Numbered from the stretch's first letter, positions 49,976 through 59,286 are shown. The stretch: DNA of 64,000 bases from an uncultured Gemmatimonadales bacterium (GCA_963716255.1 OY970303.1:2624001-2688000), one strand, 5' to 3'. Notes: a model not told the origin generated them from the letters alone. Made by a program: numbers and translations.

Positions 49976-52900
49976 TCACTCCTGCTCCACATGTCGCTTC
50001 GCGACCAGGCGCTCCACGGTCTCGATCAGGCGCGCGGCGGTCACCGGCTTGGGGAGCACTTCGTCGAAGAGCTGCGCCGCCTCGGCCTGCTCCAGCGGCG
50101 ACAGGATCTGGGCGGTGATGGCCACCACCGGCACGCGTCCCTTCGCTTCCCCGCGCTCCCGCTGGATCTGGCGGGTGGCGGCCCAGCCGTCCATCACGGG
50201 CATGCTCAGGTCCATCAGCACCAGCCCGGGGTCGCAGCGGCGCGCCTCGCGCACCCCCTCCTCGCCGTCGGCGGCCTCCACCACGGCGAACCCGGCCCGC
50301 TCCAGCACGTAGCCCAGCGCCCGGCGGGGCGCCTCGTTGTCGTCCACCACCAGGACCGTGCGCGCGCCGGAGCGCCGCGCCGGGGCCGCGGGGCTCCGCG
50401 CGGGAGGGACGTCCCTGCCCCGCGCGGGGAGAAAGGGAGCCGCGACCGGCGCCGACTCGCCCACTCCGTCGCCGATGCCCAGGGGGAGGGTGAAGTGGAA
50501 GATGCTTCCGCCGCCCGGGCGGTCGTCCACCCCGATGCGCCCGCCGTGGGCCTCCACGATCCCCCGGGCGATGGTGAGCCCCAGCCCGGCGCTGCGCCGG
50601 CCGCTGGGAACGCCCTGCCAGAACGGGGTGAACATGTGCTCGCGGTGCTCCGGGCTGATCCCGGGGCCGGTGTCGGCCACGGAAACGCGGATCCCGTCCG
50701 GCGTGGCGTCCACCCCCACCCACACCTCGCCGCCCTCGCGGGTGAACTTGATGGCGTTCTCCACCAGGTTGGAAAGCACCTGGAGGACGCGGCCGCCGTC
50801 GGCGGGGATGATGGGGACGTCGCCGGCGACGGCGGAGACCAGGCGCACGCCGCGCCGCTCGGCGATGGGGAGGAGCACGGCGAGCCCGCTCCCCACCAGC
50901 AGCGGCAGGTGCTGTGGGGTGCGCACGATGGCGAAGTGGCCGGCCTCCATGCGGGTGACGTCCAGCAGGTCCTGGATCAGCCGCTCCATCTGCTCGGCGG
51001 CGAGCGAGATGGTGCCCAGGGCGTCGCGAACCGGCCGGCTCAGCTCGGGCACGAGCCGCGCGCTGAGGATGGAGGTGGAGTTGAGCATGATGCTGGTGAG
51101 CGGGTTGCGCAGGTCGTGCGACACCGCCTGCATCACCCGCTTGCGCGTCTGCAGCGCCTTCTGCACCTCGCCGTGGAGCTGGGCGTTGTCCACCGCCAGC
51201 GCGGCGCGGCGCGCCACCTCCTCCACCAGCGCCCGGTCGTCCGGGTCGGGCTCGCGCGCGGAATCCCACCCCAGGCTGAGGGCGCCCAGGACGCGATCGC
51301 GGGCGCGCAGCGGCACCACCAGCATGGCGGTGGGGTCCAGGTCGCCGCGGCGCTCCTCGCCGCGCGGGTCGTCCTCGCGGCGCGCGGGCTTCCCGGCGGG
51401 GACGAAGCACACCTCGCCGGTGCGCAGCGCGTGGGCCACGGCCGGGAGGATGAGGTCCAGCACGGGGGCGTACCGCTGGATGCGGGCGCGGATCTCGGCC
51501 TGGCGGCCGGGGTCGGCGTGGACGGCGGCCAGGCGCTGCACGCCGCCCTCGGCGTCCAGCAGGTAGACGATGCACGAGTCGGCGAGGCGCGGCACCAGCA
51601 GCGCGGACACGCTCTCCAGCGTGGCCACGGCGTCCAGCGACGCCGTGAACATGTCGGAGGCCTCGGCCAGGAAGCGGGCGCGGCGGGCGGCCATCTCGGC
51701 GTCGGCGCGGGCGAGCTGCTCGCGCTCCAGCAGCAGCACGCGCTCCTGCTCGGCGTGGCGGTGGGCGGTGTGGTCCTCCACCACCCCCACGCCGCCCATC
51801 ACCCGCCCCCCGGAGTCGCGCAGCGGCGCCACCCGGATGACGATCCACATCTCCACACCCGCGGGGGTGAGGTAGGGCCCTTCGTAGGCGGCGGTGTCGC
51901 CGCGGAGCACCGGCTCGAAGGTGGGGAGGACGCGCGCGTCCCGGATCTCGCGGATGCGGTAGCCGATGAGCCGCCCCCGGGGGAGGTTGGTGAGGGCCTG
52001 GAAACGCTCGTTGAACGCCGTGACCCGCAGCTCCCGGTCGTAGAAGAAGACGCCGGTGGGCACCTGCTCGAAGAGGGCGCGGTGCCGCTCCTCGGACGCC
52101 TGCAGGGCGGCGAGCGCCGCCTCGCGGCCGGCCAGGTACTGGACGTTGCGCAGGGCGGTGGCGGCCAGGGCGGCGACCGCCTCCAGCACCTCCATGTCCT
52201 CGGCCGTGTACAGGTCCGGCGTGTAGCTCTGCACGGACAGCACGCCCAGCACCTCGGCGCCGTCCAGCACGGGGGTGCGGATGGCGGACTCGGAAAGGAG
52301 GGGGCTGCCAAAGGGAGCGGCGCCGCGCGAGGCGGGGTCCTGCGAGCGCAGGGTCCGCAGCGACCGGCGCTCGCGGACGACGCGCTCGCTGGGGGTGCCC
52401 GCCAGCGGGATGGGCTCCCCGGGGTCGTGGAGGTGGCGGTCGTGGCTCCCTAACAGGTGCAGCGCGTGGGCGCCGGCGTCGTACACCGCCACGGTGAAGG
52501 CGTCGTGGTCGATGACGCGACGGGTGGCGTCGCGCAGCACGTCGTGAAGCTGGCGCAGGGTGCGGGCGCCCAGCACCCCCGCCGCCGCGGCGGCGACCGC
52601 GTGGAGCCGGTCGGCCCTGCGCTGCGACTCGCGCTGGGCCTCGCGCAGCGCCCGCTCGGCGTGCTTGAGGGGCGACAGGTTGCGGCCCACGGAAAGGATC
52701 CCCTCCACGCGTCCCTGCTCGTCCAGCAGCGGGCCCAGGCGGCACTCGAAGTACGCGTCGCCGCCGGGGGTGGGGAAGTCGAAGGCGACGACGGCTTCCT
52801 GGCCGGTCGCCACCACGCGGTCCACCGCCTCGCGCCAGCGCGCGGCGAAGGGCCCGCGGATCCCGTGCTCGCGCGCGAACTCCCCGTGCGTCCGTCCCAG

Positions 52901-53887
52901 GAAGGCGGAGGCGGGGAGCCCGGTTTCCCGCTCGATGGCGGGGCTCACGTACAGGTGGCGGCCCCGCGTGTCGAAGCGGGCGACGATGTCGGGGGAGCGC
53001 TCCACCAGCGTGCGGAACCCCTCCTGGTGCCGGCGGAGCTCGGCGAGCGCGTCCTTCTGCGCGGTGACGTCCACCATGATGCCGTGCAGCCGGCGCACGG
53101 CGCCGCCGTCGTCGGCCACCACGCGGGCGGTGTCGTGGATCCACACCGTGCGCCCGTCCGCGGCCACCACCCGGTACTCCAGGAAGTGGTCGCGCCCGGC
53201 CAGCGTCGCCTCGCGGCAGGCGGCGGTGGCGATGGCGCGGTCGGCGGGGTGCACCAGCGCTTCCCAGAAGCCGGGCTCGCGCCACCGGTTCAGCGGGTAG
53301 CCCAGCAGCGCCTCTGCGTGGGGGCTGACGAAGGTGAAGCGGAAGGTGGCCGCGTCCGCCTCCCAGACGATGGCGCCCAGGTCCTCCACCAGGCGGGTGT
53401 GGCGCCGCTCGGCTTCGCGCGCCCGCTCGTCCGCCCCGCGCAGGAGCGCCAGCTGCTCCGCGGCGGCGGCGGCCACCTCGCGGAGCGCGTCCATCTCCGC
53501 TTCGGTCCAGCGGCGCGGCGCGGGGTCCAGCACGCACAGCGAGCCCGCGGCCCCGCCGGGACCCCGCAGCGGCACCCCGGCGGCGGAGGGACCGTCCGTC
53601 CCGCCTTCCACGCGCACCGGGACGCCGCCCGCCACCACCGCGTCGTGCACGGCCCGCCAGTGCGGCGGCCCCCCGTCCGGACCCGCGCCCCGCTCCGCCC
53701 CGTGCGCGCCCACGTGCTCGGCGCCGCCCTGCACGACGCACGCGACCCCCAGCGGAGCGCGGAGAGCCACGGCCGCGAGGCGGGCGTGGAGCTCGGCCAT
53801 GCGGCCGGTCTCGGGCTGCGGGAGCTCGGTCCGCGCGGTGCGCGCGCCGGAGACGGGGGGCTCGTGGGCTCTGTCGCGGAGGTGCAT
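49976..53887 (-). CDS. Hybrid sensor histidine kinase (GAF/PAS repeats, HisKA, HATPase, receiver)
   Basis: SHDLRNPL, NLVENAIKF, DTGPGI, GLGL, VVDD..MDLSMP..K; start 53887 or 53800. Confidence 0.92.
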   Translation of the reverse strand: MHLRDRAHEPPVSGARTARTELPQPETGRMAELHARLAAVALRAPLGVACVVQGGAEHVGAHGAERGAGPDGGPPHWRAVHDAVVAGGVPVRVEGGTDGPSAAGVPLRGPGGAAGSLCVLDPAPRRWTEAEMDALREVAAAAAEQLALLRGADERAREAERRHTRLVEDLGAIVWEADAATFRFTFVSPHAEALLGYPLNRWREPGFWEALVHPADRAIATAACREATLAGRDHFLEYRVVAADGRTVWIHDTARVVADDGGAVRRLHGIMVDVTAQKDALAELRRHQEGFRTLVERSPDIVARFDTRGRHLYVSPAIERETGLPASAFLGRTHGEFAREHGIRGPFAARWREAVDRVVATGQEAVVAFDFPTPGGDAYFECRLGPLLDEQGRVEGILSVGRNLSPLKHAERALREAQRESQRRADRLHAVAAAAAGVLGARTLRQLHDVLRDATRRVIDHDAFTVAVYDAGAHALHLLGSHDRHLHDPGEPIPLAGTPSERVVRERRSLRTLRSQDPASRGAAPFGSPLLSESAIRTPVLDGAEVLGVLSVQSYTPDLYTAEDMEVLEAVAALAATALRNVQYLAGREAALAALQASEERHRALFEQVPTGVFFYDRELRVTAFNERFQALTNLPRGRLIGYRIREIRDARVLPTFEPVLRGDTAAYEGPYLTPAGVEMWIVIRVAPLRDSGGRVMGGVGVVEDHTAHRHAEQERVLLLEREQLARADAEMAARRARFLAEASDMFTASLDAVATLESVSALLVPRLADSCIVYLLDAEGGVQRLAAVHADPGRQAEIRARIQRYAPVLDLILPAVAHALRTGEVCFVPAGKPARREDDPRGEERRGDLDPTAMLVVPLRARDRVLGALSLGWDSAREPDPDDRALVEEVARRAALAVDNAQLHGEVQKALQTRKRVMQAVSHDLRNPLTSIMLNSTSILSARLVPELSRPVRDALGTISLAAEQMERLIQDLLDVTRMEAGHFAIVRTPQHLPLLVGSGLAVLLPIAERRGVRLVSAVAGDVPIIPADGGRVLQVLSNLVENAIKFTREGGEVWVGVDATPDGIRVSVADTGPGISPEHREHMFTPFWQGVPSGRRSAGLGLTIARGIVEAHGGRIGVDDRPGGGSIFHFTLPLGIGDGVGESAPVAAPFLPARGRDVPPARSPAAPARRSGARTVLVVDDNEAPRRALGYVLERAGFAVVEAADGEEGVREARRCDPGLVLMDLSMPVMDGWAATRQIQRERGEAKGRVPVVAITAQILSPLEQAEAAQLFDEVLPKPVTAARLIETVERLVAKRHVEQE

Positions 53888-54086
53888 CCGGGGGTTGGAA
53901 GGCGTGGACAGCAACGGACAATCTCTTGCCCCGGCAGAGGATACACAAGGGGCGGCTGCCCGCGGCGGGACCGGGCGTGCAGGGCCGGGGGTGACGCGGG
54001 CCCCGGGCGAAGACGGCGCCCCGGACCCCGCCGGCCCAGCGGCGCGGCGGGCGGACGCGCTCCCGGCCGGGGTGCGGCGAGAGCCC

Positions 54087-54218
54087 GCGTGAGGGATTTC
54101 GGCCCGAAGGGGCGAGACCCGGCGGGGCTGTTTCCGCCGGGGCTCGACTCCGTTGGACGAGGTAGTTTCTCGTCCTACGGAGCCGAAGCCCGACCCCGGC
54201 GCAGCCGGGGGCACGCCC
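54087..54218 (-). ncRNA. ~130-nt structured dispersed element, copy 9
   Basis: Variable stem GGACGAG/CTCGTCC; lies in the divergent kinase/slt intergenic region. Confidence 0.7.
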
Positions 54219-54324
54219 AGACCCGGTAGTAACCTGTAAACACCCGGCCCGGAACTCGCATACCCGCCGCCAGGTAGTCGAACAAGCATCCGTCCGCCGT
54301 ACCCGCAGCCGAAGCGTCCGCCGC

Positions 54325-56406
54325 ATGCCAGCAACGCACTCCCCGCTCCGCTCCGCCGCGCTCCTGGCGCTCGCCCTGGCCGCGTGCGGCCGCTCCCCCG
54401 CCACGCAGTCCGAGCGCGGCCCGGCGCCTCCCGCGGCGCCGCAGTCCCCGGCCGCCGCCGCGGACACGGCGGGGCCGGTGCCCATCCCCGGCCCGGAGGA
54501 CCGGGCGCGCGGGGTCGCGGCGCTGCGGCACGGCCGCGAGCTGGCCCGCGCCGGGGACGCCCGGGGCGCGGAGCGGGCGTTCCGCGAGGCCGCGCGGGTG
54601 CTCCCGCCGCTGCGCGGCGGGGCGCTGCTGCTCGCCGCCGGGGCCGCCGCCGCGGCGGGCGACACGGCGTCCGTGCGCCGCCTGGCGGACGAGGCGGACG
54701 ACGGGACCGGGCGCGACCAGGGGTGGCGGGTGCGCGCCGACGGCTTCCTCCGCGCCGGGGACACCGCGCGCGCGGTCGCCGCCGCCGAGCGCGCGGCGCC
54801 CGGGATCGCCACGCCGTCCCTGCGGGCGGAGGCATGGCGGACCCTCGGGACGCTGCGCACGGCGACGGGCGACGCGGTGGGGGCGCTCGCCGCCTTCCGG
54901 CGCGCCATGGCCGCGGCGCCGGCCTCCACGGCCGCGCGGGACGCCGCGCGCGCCGCCACGGAGATGCCTGGCCTCCCCCCCGAGGACCGGCTGCTTGCCG
55001 GCCGCACGCTGCTGGTGCACGGGGGCGTCGAGCGGGGGGTCGCCGGCCTGGAGGCGTACCTGGCCGCCGGCCGCGGCACGGGGGCGGAGCGCGCCGCCGT
55101 GCACCTGGAGGCGGGGCGCGCCCTGTTCGCCGCCCGGCGGTACGCCGCCGCCGAGCCGCACCTCCTGGCCGCCGCGGGCGTGTCGGGCGAGGCGGCGGTC
55201 CTCGCCGGCCGCGCGCAGCTACGGCGCGGGCGCGAGGCGCAGGCGCGCGAAAGCTGGCGGGCGGCGGCGCAGCGGTTCGGGGGGCAGGAGGCGGCCGCCG
55301 AGGCGCTGTTCTTTCTGGGCGACCTGGAGCAGGACGCCGGACGCGCCGCCCCGGCGCGCGAGGCCTACCGGCAGGCGGTGGCCACCGGGGCGCGCGGCCC
55401 CGCGGCGGCCGAGTCCGCGCAGCGCCTCGCCGGCCTGGCCGTTCTGGGCGGGGACGCGGCGGCCGCCCTGCGCGACCTGGACGCGTACCTGGCCGGGCGC
55501 CCCCGCGACGCCCTGGCCTCCCCCGCGCTCTACTGGGCCGGGCGCGCGCACCTGCTGGCCGGCGATGCGGAGGCCGCCCGCCGCAGCTTCCGCGAGGCGC
55601 GCGAGGCGGACGCCTTCTCGTACTACGGGGTGCTGGCCGGAAAGCGCCTGGGCGAGTCGCTGCGCGGCGCCGCGCTCGCCGCCCCGCCGCGCATGGGGCC
55701 GGCGGTGGCCGCGGAGGTGGAGGCGGCGCTTTTCCGCGCGGCGGTGCTCCGCGACGTGGGGATGGAGGAGGAGGGCCGCCGCGAGCTGGCGGGGCTGCGG
55801 GAGCGCATGGCGGACCACCCGGCCGCGCTGTACGCCGTGGCCGAGGCCATGCCGGAGCACGGCCAGCCGGTGGCCGCGGCGCTGCTGGGGCACGAGCTGC
55901 GGCAACGGCTGGGGCGCTGGGACGAGCGGCTGCTGCGCATCGCCTTTCCCTTCCGCTTCCGCGACACGGTGGAGCGCGAGGCGCGCCGCCGCGGGCTGGA
56001 CCCGTTCATGGTGGCCGGGCTGATCCGTAAGGAGTCCATCTTCAACCCCAACGCCATCAGCCCGGTGGGCGCGGTGGGGCTGATGCAGGTGATGCCGGCG
56101 ACGGGGCGCGGCCTCGCCGGCCGCGCCGGGGTCGGCACCGTGGACGCCGCGCGGCTCCGGGACCCGGAGACCAACGTCAAGCTGGGCACCCTGTTCCTGG
56201 CAGACCAGGTGCGCCGCTACCGGACCCTCGCGGAGGTGTTCGCGGCCTACAACGCCGGTCCCGGCCGGGTCGCCCGCTGGCGCGCCTTCCCCGAGTACCG
56301 GGACGAGGACCTGTTCGTGGAGCGCATCCCCTTCGAGGAGACGCGCGACTACGTCAAGAAGGTGAAGCTGTACACGGGGGTCTACGAGATGCTGTACGCG
56401 GACTGA
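54325..56406 (+). CDS. Soluble lytic transglycosylase-like lipoprotein with TPR/helical repeats
   Basis: Lipobox LAAC; IRKESIFNPNAISPVGAVGLMQVMP, AYNAGPG, IPFEETRDYVKKV. Confidence 0.92.
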   Translation: MPATHSPLRSAALLALALAACGRSPATQSERGPAPPAAPQSPAAAADTAGPVPIPGPEDRARGVAALRHGRELARAGDARGAERAFREAARVLPPLRGGALLLAAGAAAAAGDTASVRRLADEADDGTGRDQGWRVRADGFLRAGDTARAVAAAERAAPGIATPSLRAEAWRTLGTLRTATGDAVGALAAFRRAMAAAPASTAARDAARAATEMPGLPPEDRLLAGRTLLVHGGVERGVAGLEAYLAAGRGTGAERAAVHLEAGRALFAARRYAAAEPHLLAAAGVSGEAAVLAGRAQLRRGREAQARESWRAAAQRFGGQEAAAEALFFLGDLEQDAGRAAPAREAYRQAVATGARGPAAAESAQRLAGLAVLGGDAAAALRDLDAYLAGRPRDALASPALYWAGRAHLLAGDAEAARRSFREAREADAFSYYGVLAGKRLGESLRGAALAAPPRMGPAVAAEVEAALFRAAVLRDVGMEEEGRRELAGLRERMADHPAALYAVAEAMPEHGQPVAAALLGHELRQRLGRWDERLLRIAFPFRFRDTVEREARRRGLDPFMVAGLIRKESIFNPNAISPVGAVGLMQVMPATGRGLAGRAGVGTVDAARLRDPETNVKLGTLFLADQVRRYRTLAEVFAAYNAGPGRVARWRAFPEYRDEDLFVERIPFEETRDYVKKVKLYTGVYEMLYAD

Positions 56407-56445
56407 AAACGAAGTGCGGGAGTGCGGAAGTGAACTGCGGACGGG

Positions 56446-56898
56446 TCAGGCGCGGGGGTCGGGCCAGGGGGCGGCGACTTCCACGGGCTCCACGGTGCGG
56501 ATCAGCTCGAAGTCGCGGAGGTTGTCCGTGACCACCACCAGGCCGTGGTCGCGGGCGGAGGCGGCGATGAGGCAGTCGTTGAGGAAGGAGCGGCGGATCC
56601 CCTTGGGGCTCAGCCGCTTTTCCCTCACCAGGCGCGCGACCACGGCGCCGGCCCGCTTCCAGGCGCCGTGGCCGGGGGTCACCAGCCGCCCCGTCGCCTC
56701 GAACGGAGCGATGAAGCTGCGCTGGGTGCGGCGCTCCAGCTCCGGACGGGTGGAGCCGGCCAGCAGCTCCCCCGCCACCACCGAGTGCAGGTAGACGAAG
56801 GGGGCGAGCGCCTGGTAGAAGGCCTGGAGCTCCCGGCTCCACTCCTCGCTGCGGGTGGCGTACACGTACAGCGAGGTGTCCAGGACGTACTTCGGCAC
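56446..56898 (-). CDS. vapC: PIN-domain toxin (VapC family)
   Basis: VLDTS, VVAGEL, NDCLIAASA, VVTDN..DF. Confidence 0.9.
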   Translation of the reverse strand: MPKYVLDTSLYVYATRSEEWSRELQAFYQALAPFVYLHSVVAGELLAGSTRPELERRTQRSFIAPFEATGRLVTPGHGAWKRAGAVVARLVREKRLSPKGIRRSFLNDCLIAASARDHGLVVVTDNLRDFELIRTVEPVEVAAPWPDPRA

Positions 56899-56901
56899 CG
56901 G

Positions 56902-57168
56902 CTACGCGTCCCCGCCGAAGGGGTCCTCCAGGCCGGCCCCGCGCATGGCGCGAACCCCCTCCACCAGCTCGCCCCGGAACACCACCAGCTCCAGCGCCCG
57001 CTCGATGGTCTCCGTTTCGGTGGCGGTTCCCAGCACCCGCATGGCCCGGTCGATCTTGGACTGGCGCAGCCGGTAGTTCTTGCGCATCGCCGCCTCCTCC
57101 GCGGGGGACGCTTCGTACACCGCCGGGGGCTCGCGCACCACCCGCTGCTTTCTCTTCTTCTCCATCAT
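56902..57168 (-). CDS. Putative antitoxin (VapB-like)
   Basis: Small gene directly upstream of the PIN gene; RKNYRL...IDRAMRVLGTATETETIERAL resembles an RHH-type antitoxin; start uncertain. Confidence 0.78.
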   Translation of the reverse strand: MMEKKRKQRVVREPPAVYEASPAEEAAMRKNYRLRQSKIDRAMRVLGTATETETIERALELVVFRGELVEGVRAMRGAGLEDPFGGDA

Positions 57169-57182
57169 CGCCGCGGCCTCCG

Positions 57183-57216
57183 TTTTTGTATGTACAAAAA
57201 CAATGTAAAGTACATT
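57183..57216. promoter_or_regulatory. Two inverted repeats, probable TA autoregulatory operators
   Basis: TTTTTGTA-TG-TACAAAAA and AATGTA-AAG-TACATT in an AT-rich patch upstream of the antitoxin. Confidence 0.7.
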
Positions 57217-57244
57217 CAACTGGAAGACAAGGAGGCTGCTCGAG

Positions 57245-58387
57245 CTACATGCGCACGGGGTCGCCCACCGGGCGCGCGGGGCGGAGGTACGGGGCCAGGA
57301 AGTGGTAGACCTCGCGCCGCGACTCGCGGGCCAGCGGGGTGTCGATGCGGTTGAAGGCGTGGCCGCCCGGCGCGTTCTCGTACTGCCTGAAGTGCCACCC
57401 CGTCTTCCCCGACGCGCGAAAGGCCTCCACCAGCCGCTGCACCTCCACGGCGTACACGTCCTCGTCGTTGCTGTTTGCGTGGATCAGCAGCGGCGTTCCC
57501 CGGTAGCGGTCCACCTGGAATGCGGGGGAGCGCCGCCGGTACGCCTCCGGGTCCTCCTGCGGCGTCTTCCCCACGTGGTAGTCCGCCGCGAAGAGCTGCG
57601 TGTAGGATGGGCTCTTGTACGACAGCCGGAAGGCGAGGTCGCTCACCGGCACCCCGGCGTAGGCCACCGCGTACGCCTCCGGGTGGTCGAAGACGTTCAT
57701 CAGCGCGTGCAGCCCGCCATGGCTCCACCCCACGATCCCCACCCGCTGCGGGTCCAGGAACGGGTACATGTCCAGCGCCGCCTGCCGCGCGGCATGGGTG
57801 TCCTCCGTCTCCAGGGCACCGTAGTCGATCTCCTCCCAGAAGCCGCGCCCGTACCCGGTGCTCCCGCGGTAGTCCGGGGCGATCACCGTGTAGCCCTGCT
57901 GCACCAGCTCGCGGACCACGTTGGCGCCGCCGCTCTCGAAGCTGGCGTGCACCCCGCCGTGCGGCATCACGATCAGCGGCTGCCTGCGGCTCCGGTCCAG
58001 GTCGCGGGGGACGAAGACGTAGCCGCGGATCTTGAGCGGGTTGTTGGCGCCGGGGTTGTCGGAGACCACGCGGTGCGCCGGGGGCGGACCGGTGAAGGTG
58101 ATGAGGTTCACCTCCGCCACGTCGCCCAGCCGGTCGAAGAGCATCAGGTTGTCGATCTGCCGCTCCAGCACGTCGTTCTGGTGGGCGTCCGCCTCCACGT
58201 AGCGCTGCAGCGCCGCGCGGAGCTGCCGCACCTCGTCCGCCAGGCGGGCGTGATCATCGGCCGACACGGGCGCGGGCGCTGCCGGCGGTGTCGGGGCCAC
58301 GGCCGCCGAGCACCCGGCCAGCAGTGCGAGCGACGACACGGCAAGGATGGCGTGCAGGACGGAGGAAGATGCGCGGAATGGTCTCAC
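57245..58387 (-). CDS. S9 (prolyl oligopeptidase family) serine peptidase, lipoprotein
   Basis: PHGGVH, PDYRGSTGYG, GWSHGG nucleophile motif, DEDV, GGHAF; lipobox LAGC; GTG start inferred. Confidence 0.88.
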   Translation of the reverse strand: MRPFRASSSVLHAILAVSSLALLAGCSAAVAPTPPAAPAPVSADDHARLADEVRQLRAALQRYVEADAHQNDVLERQIDNLMLFDRLGDVAEVNLITFTGPPPAHRVVSDNPGANNPLKIRGYVFVPRDLDRSRRQPLIVMPHGGVHASFESGGANVVRELVQQGYTVIAPDYRGSTGYGRGFWEEIDYGALETEDTHAARQAALDMYPFLDPQRVGIVGWSHGGLHALMNVFDHPEAYAVAYAGVPVSDLAFRLSYKSPSYTQLFAADYHVGKTPQEDPEAYRRRSPAFQVDRYRGTPLLIHANSNDEDVYAVEVQRLVEAFRASGKTGWHFRQYENAPGGHAFNRIDTPLARESRREVYHFLAPYLRPARPVGDPVRM

Positions 58388-58491
58388 CGGGGAGGCTCCA
58401 GGATGGAAGGCTGTTGAGGGGCGTAGCTCCAATTTTGCCCTCCCGGCGCCCATCCCGCCAGGACGATTCGAAGTTCGGCAAGGACGGGAGG

Positions 58492-58566
58492 TTGTCCGGA
58501 TACGAACCTGTTGCGCCATTGTCCGGACGGCGGTAGCATCCAGGCAGGCGTTTACTTTCGGACAAT
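58492..58566. promoter_or_regulatory. Three TTGTCCG boxes in the divergent peptidase/precursor promoter region
   Basis: TTGTCCGGA at 58492, ATTGTCCGGA at 58518, inverted TTCGGACAAT at 58557. Confidence 0.45.
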
Positions 58567-58582
58567 CGTCAACGGAGGCGAG

Positions 58583-58756
58583 ATGACGAAACGTATCGGG
58601 AAGCTCAGGCTCAACAGGGAGACCGTGCGGCAGCTCAACTTGGACGTGCCCGGGACCGCGCGGGAAGTGTCCGCCGCCGGGTGCGAAAGCCGGATTCCGT
58701 GCCCGGTCCAGTCGTACTACGCCGCCTGTCCCCTCACGTTGGAGTGCACTGGGTAG
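58583..58756 (+). CDS. RiPP (lanthipeptide-like) precursor 1, 57 aa
   Basis: GGAGG RBS; MTKRIGKLRLNRETVRQL..VSAAG-CESRIPCPVQSYYAACPLTLECTG. Confidence 0.82.
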   Translation: MTKRIGKLRLNRETVRQLNLDVPGTAREVSAAGCESRIPCPVQSYYAACPLTLECTG

Positions 58757-58819
58757 CTGCCGCCGCGCGGGGCATCTCCTGTCCCGCGGCGCGAACGCTC
58801 AACGAAAGGAATCGGCGCC

Positions 58820-58963
58820 ATGACGAAGAAGATCCGCAAGCTCCAGCTCAACCGGGAGACGGTGCAGGCCCTCGACGCCGCCCCACAACCCGAGGCAGTT
58901 GCGGCGGCAGCCTCCCATCCCGTGCGCTGCATCACCGACGGCCACTTCACCTGCAACTGCTGA
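58820..58963 (+). CDS. RiPP (lanthipeptide-like) precursor 2, 47 aa (absent from the ORF track)
   Basis: AAGGA RBS; MTKKIRKLQLNRETVQALDAAPQPEAVAAAA-SHPVRCITDGHFTCNC. Confidence 0.82.
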   Translation: MTKKIRKLQLNRETVQALDAAPQPEAVAAAASHPVRCITDGHFTCNC

Positions 58964-59010
58964 GTGTGTCGGCGATCCGGCAACACACCCAACAGGGGGA
59001 GAACGCTGAC

Positions 59011-59178
59011 ATGACGAAGCGGATCGGCAAGCTCCAACTGAACAAGGAAACCATGCGCTGCCTCAGCGGCGCGCCCCCCGCGACCTTCGAACGTGCTGCG
59101 AGCCAGGGCATCTGTCCCTCCCTCTCGTACTGCGTGGCCTGCATCAGCGTCGGCACCTCCTGCCAGACGGCCTGCTAA
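59011..59178 (+). CDS. RiPP (lanthipeptide-like) precursor 3, 55 aa
   Basis: GGGGGAG RBS; MTKRIGKLQLNKETMRCL..ERAA-SQGICPSLSYCVACISVGTSCQTAC. Confidence 0.85.
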   Translation: MTKRIGKLQLNKETMRCLSGAPPATFERAASQGICPSLSYCVACISVGTSCQTAC

Positions 59179-59223
59179 CGGCCCATCCGGGGCGATTCAT
59201 TGCCCTACTGAGCACCACGGAAG

Positions 59224-59257
59224 GAAAGGGCCGGTCCCGCACGGGACCGGCCCTTTC
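59224..59257. terminator. Bidirectional terminator closing the precursor operon
   Basis: GAAAGGGCCGGTCCC-GCAC-GGGACCGGCCCTTTC, a perfect 15-bp stem. Confidence 0.85.
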
Positions 59258-59286
59258 GCTTGCTGCGACCGCAGATGTCGTTGCCC

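Noticed and set aside
56411..56432. Short GAAGTGCG-type tandem repeats here and at about 49592-49609
   Set aside because: Only two or three degenerate units each, too little to assign a function.
58681..59010. The 165-aa ORF 58681-59178 and the 81-aa ORF 58511-58756 as real proteins
   Set aside because: The likely true starts are the RBS-preceded ATGs at 59011 and 58583. The extension of the 165-aa ORF overlaps precursors 1 and 2 in other frames.
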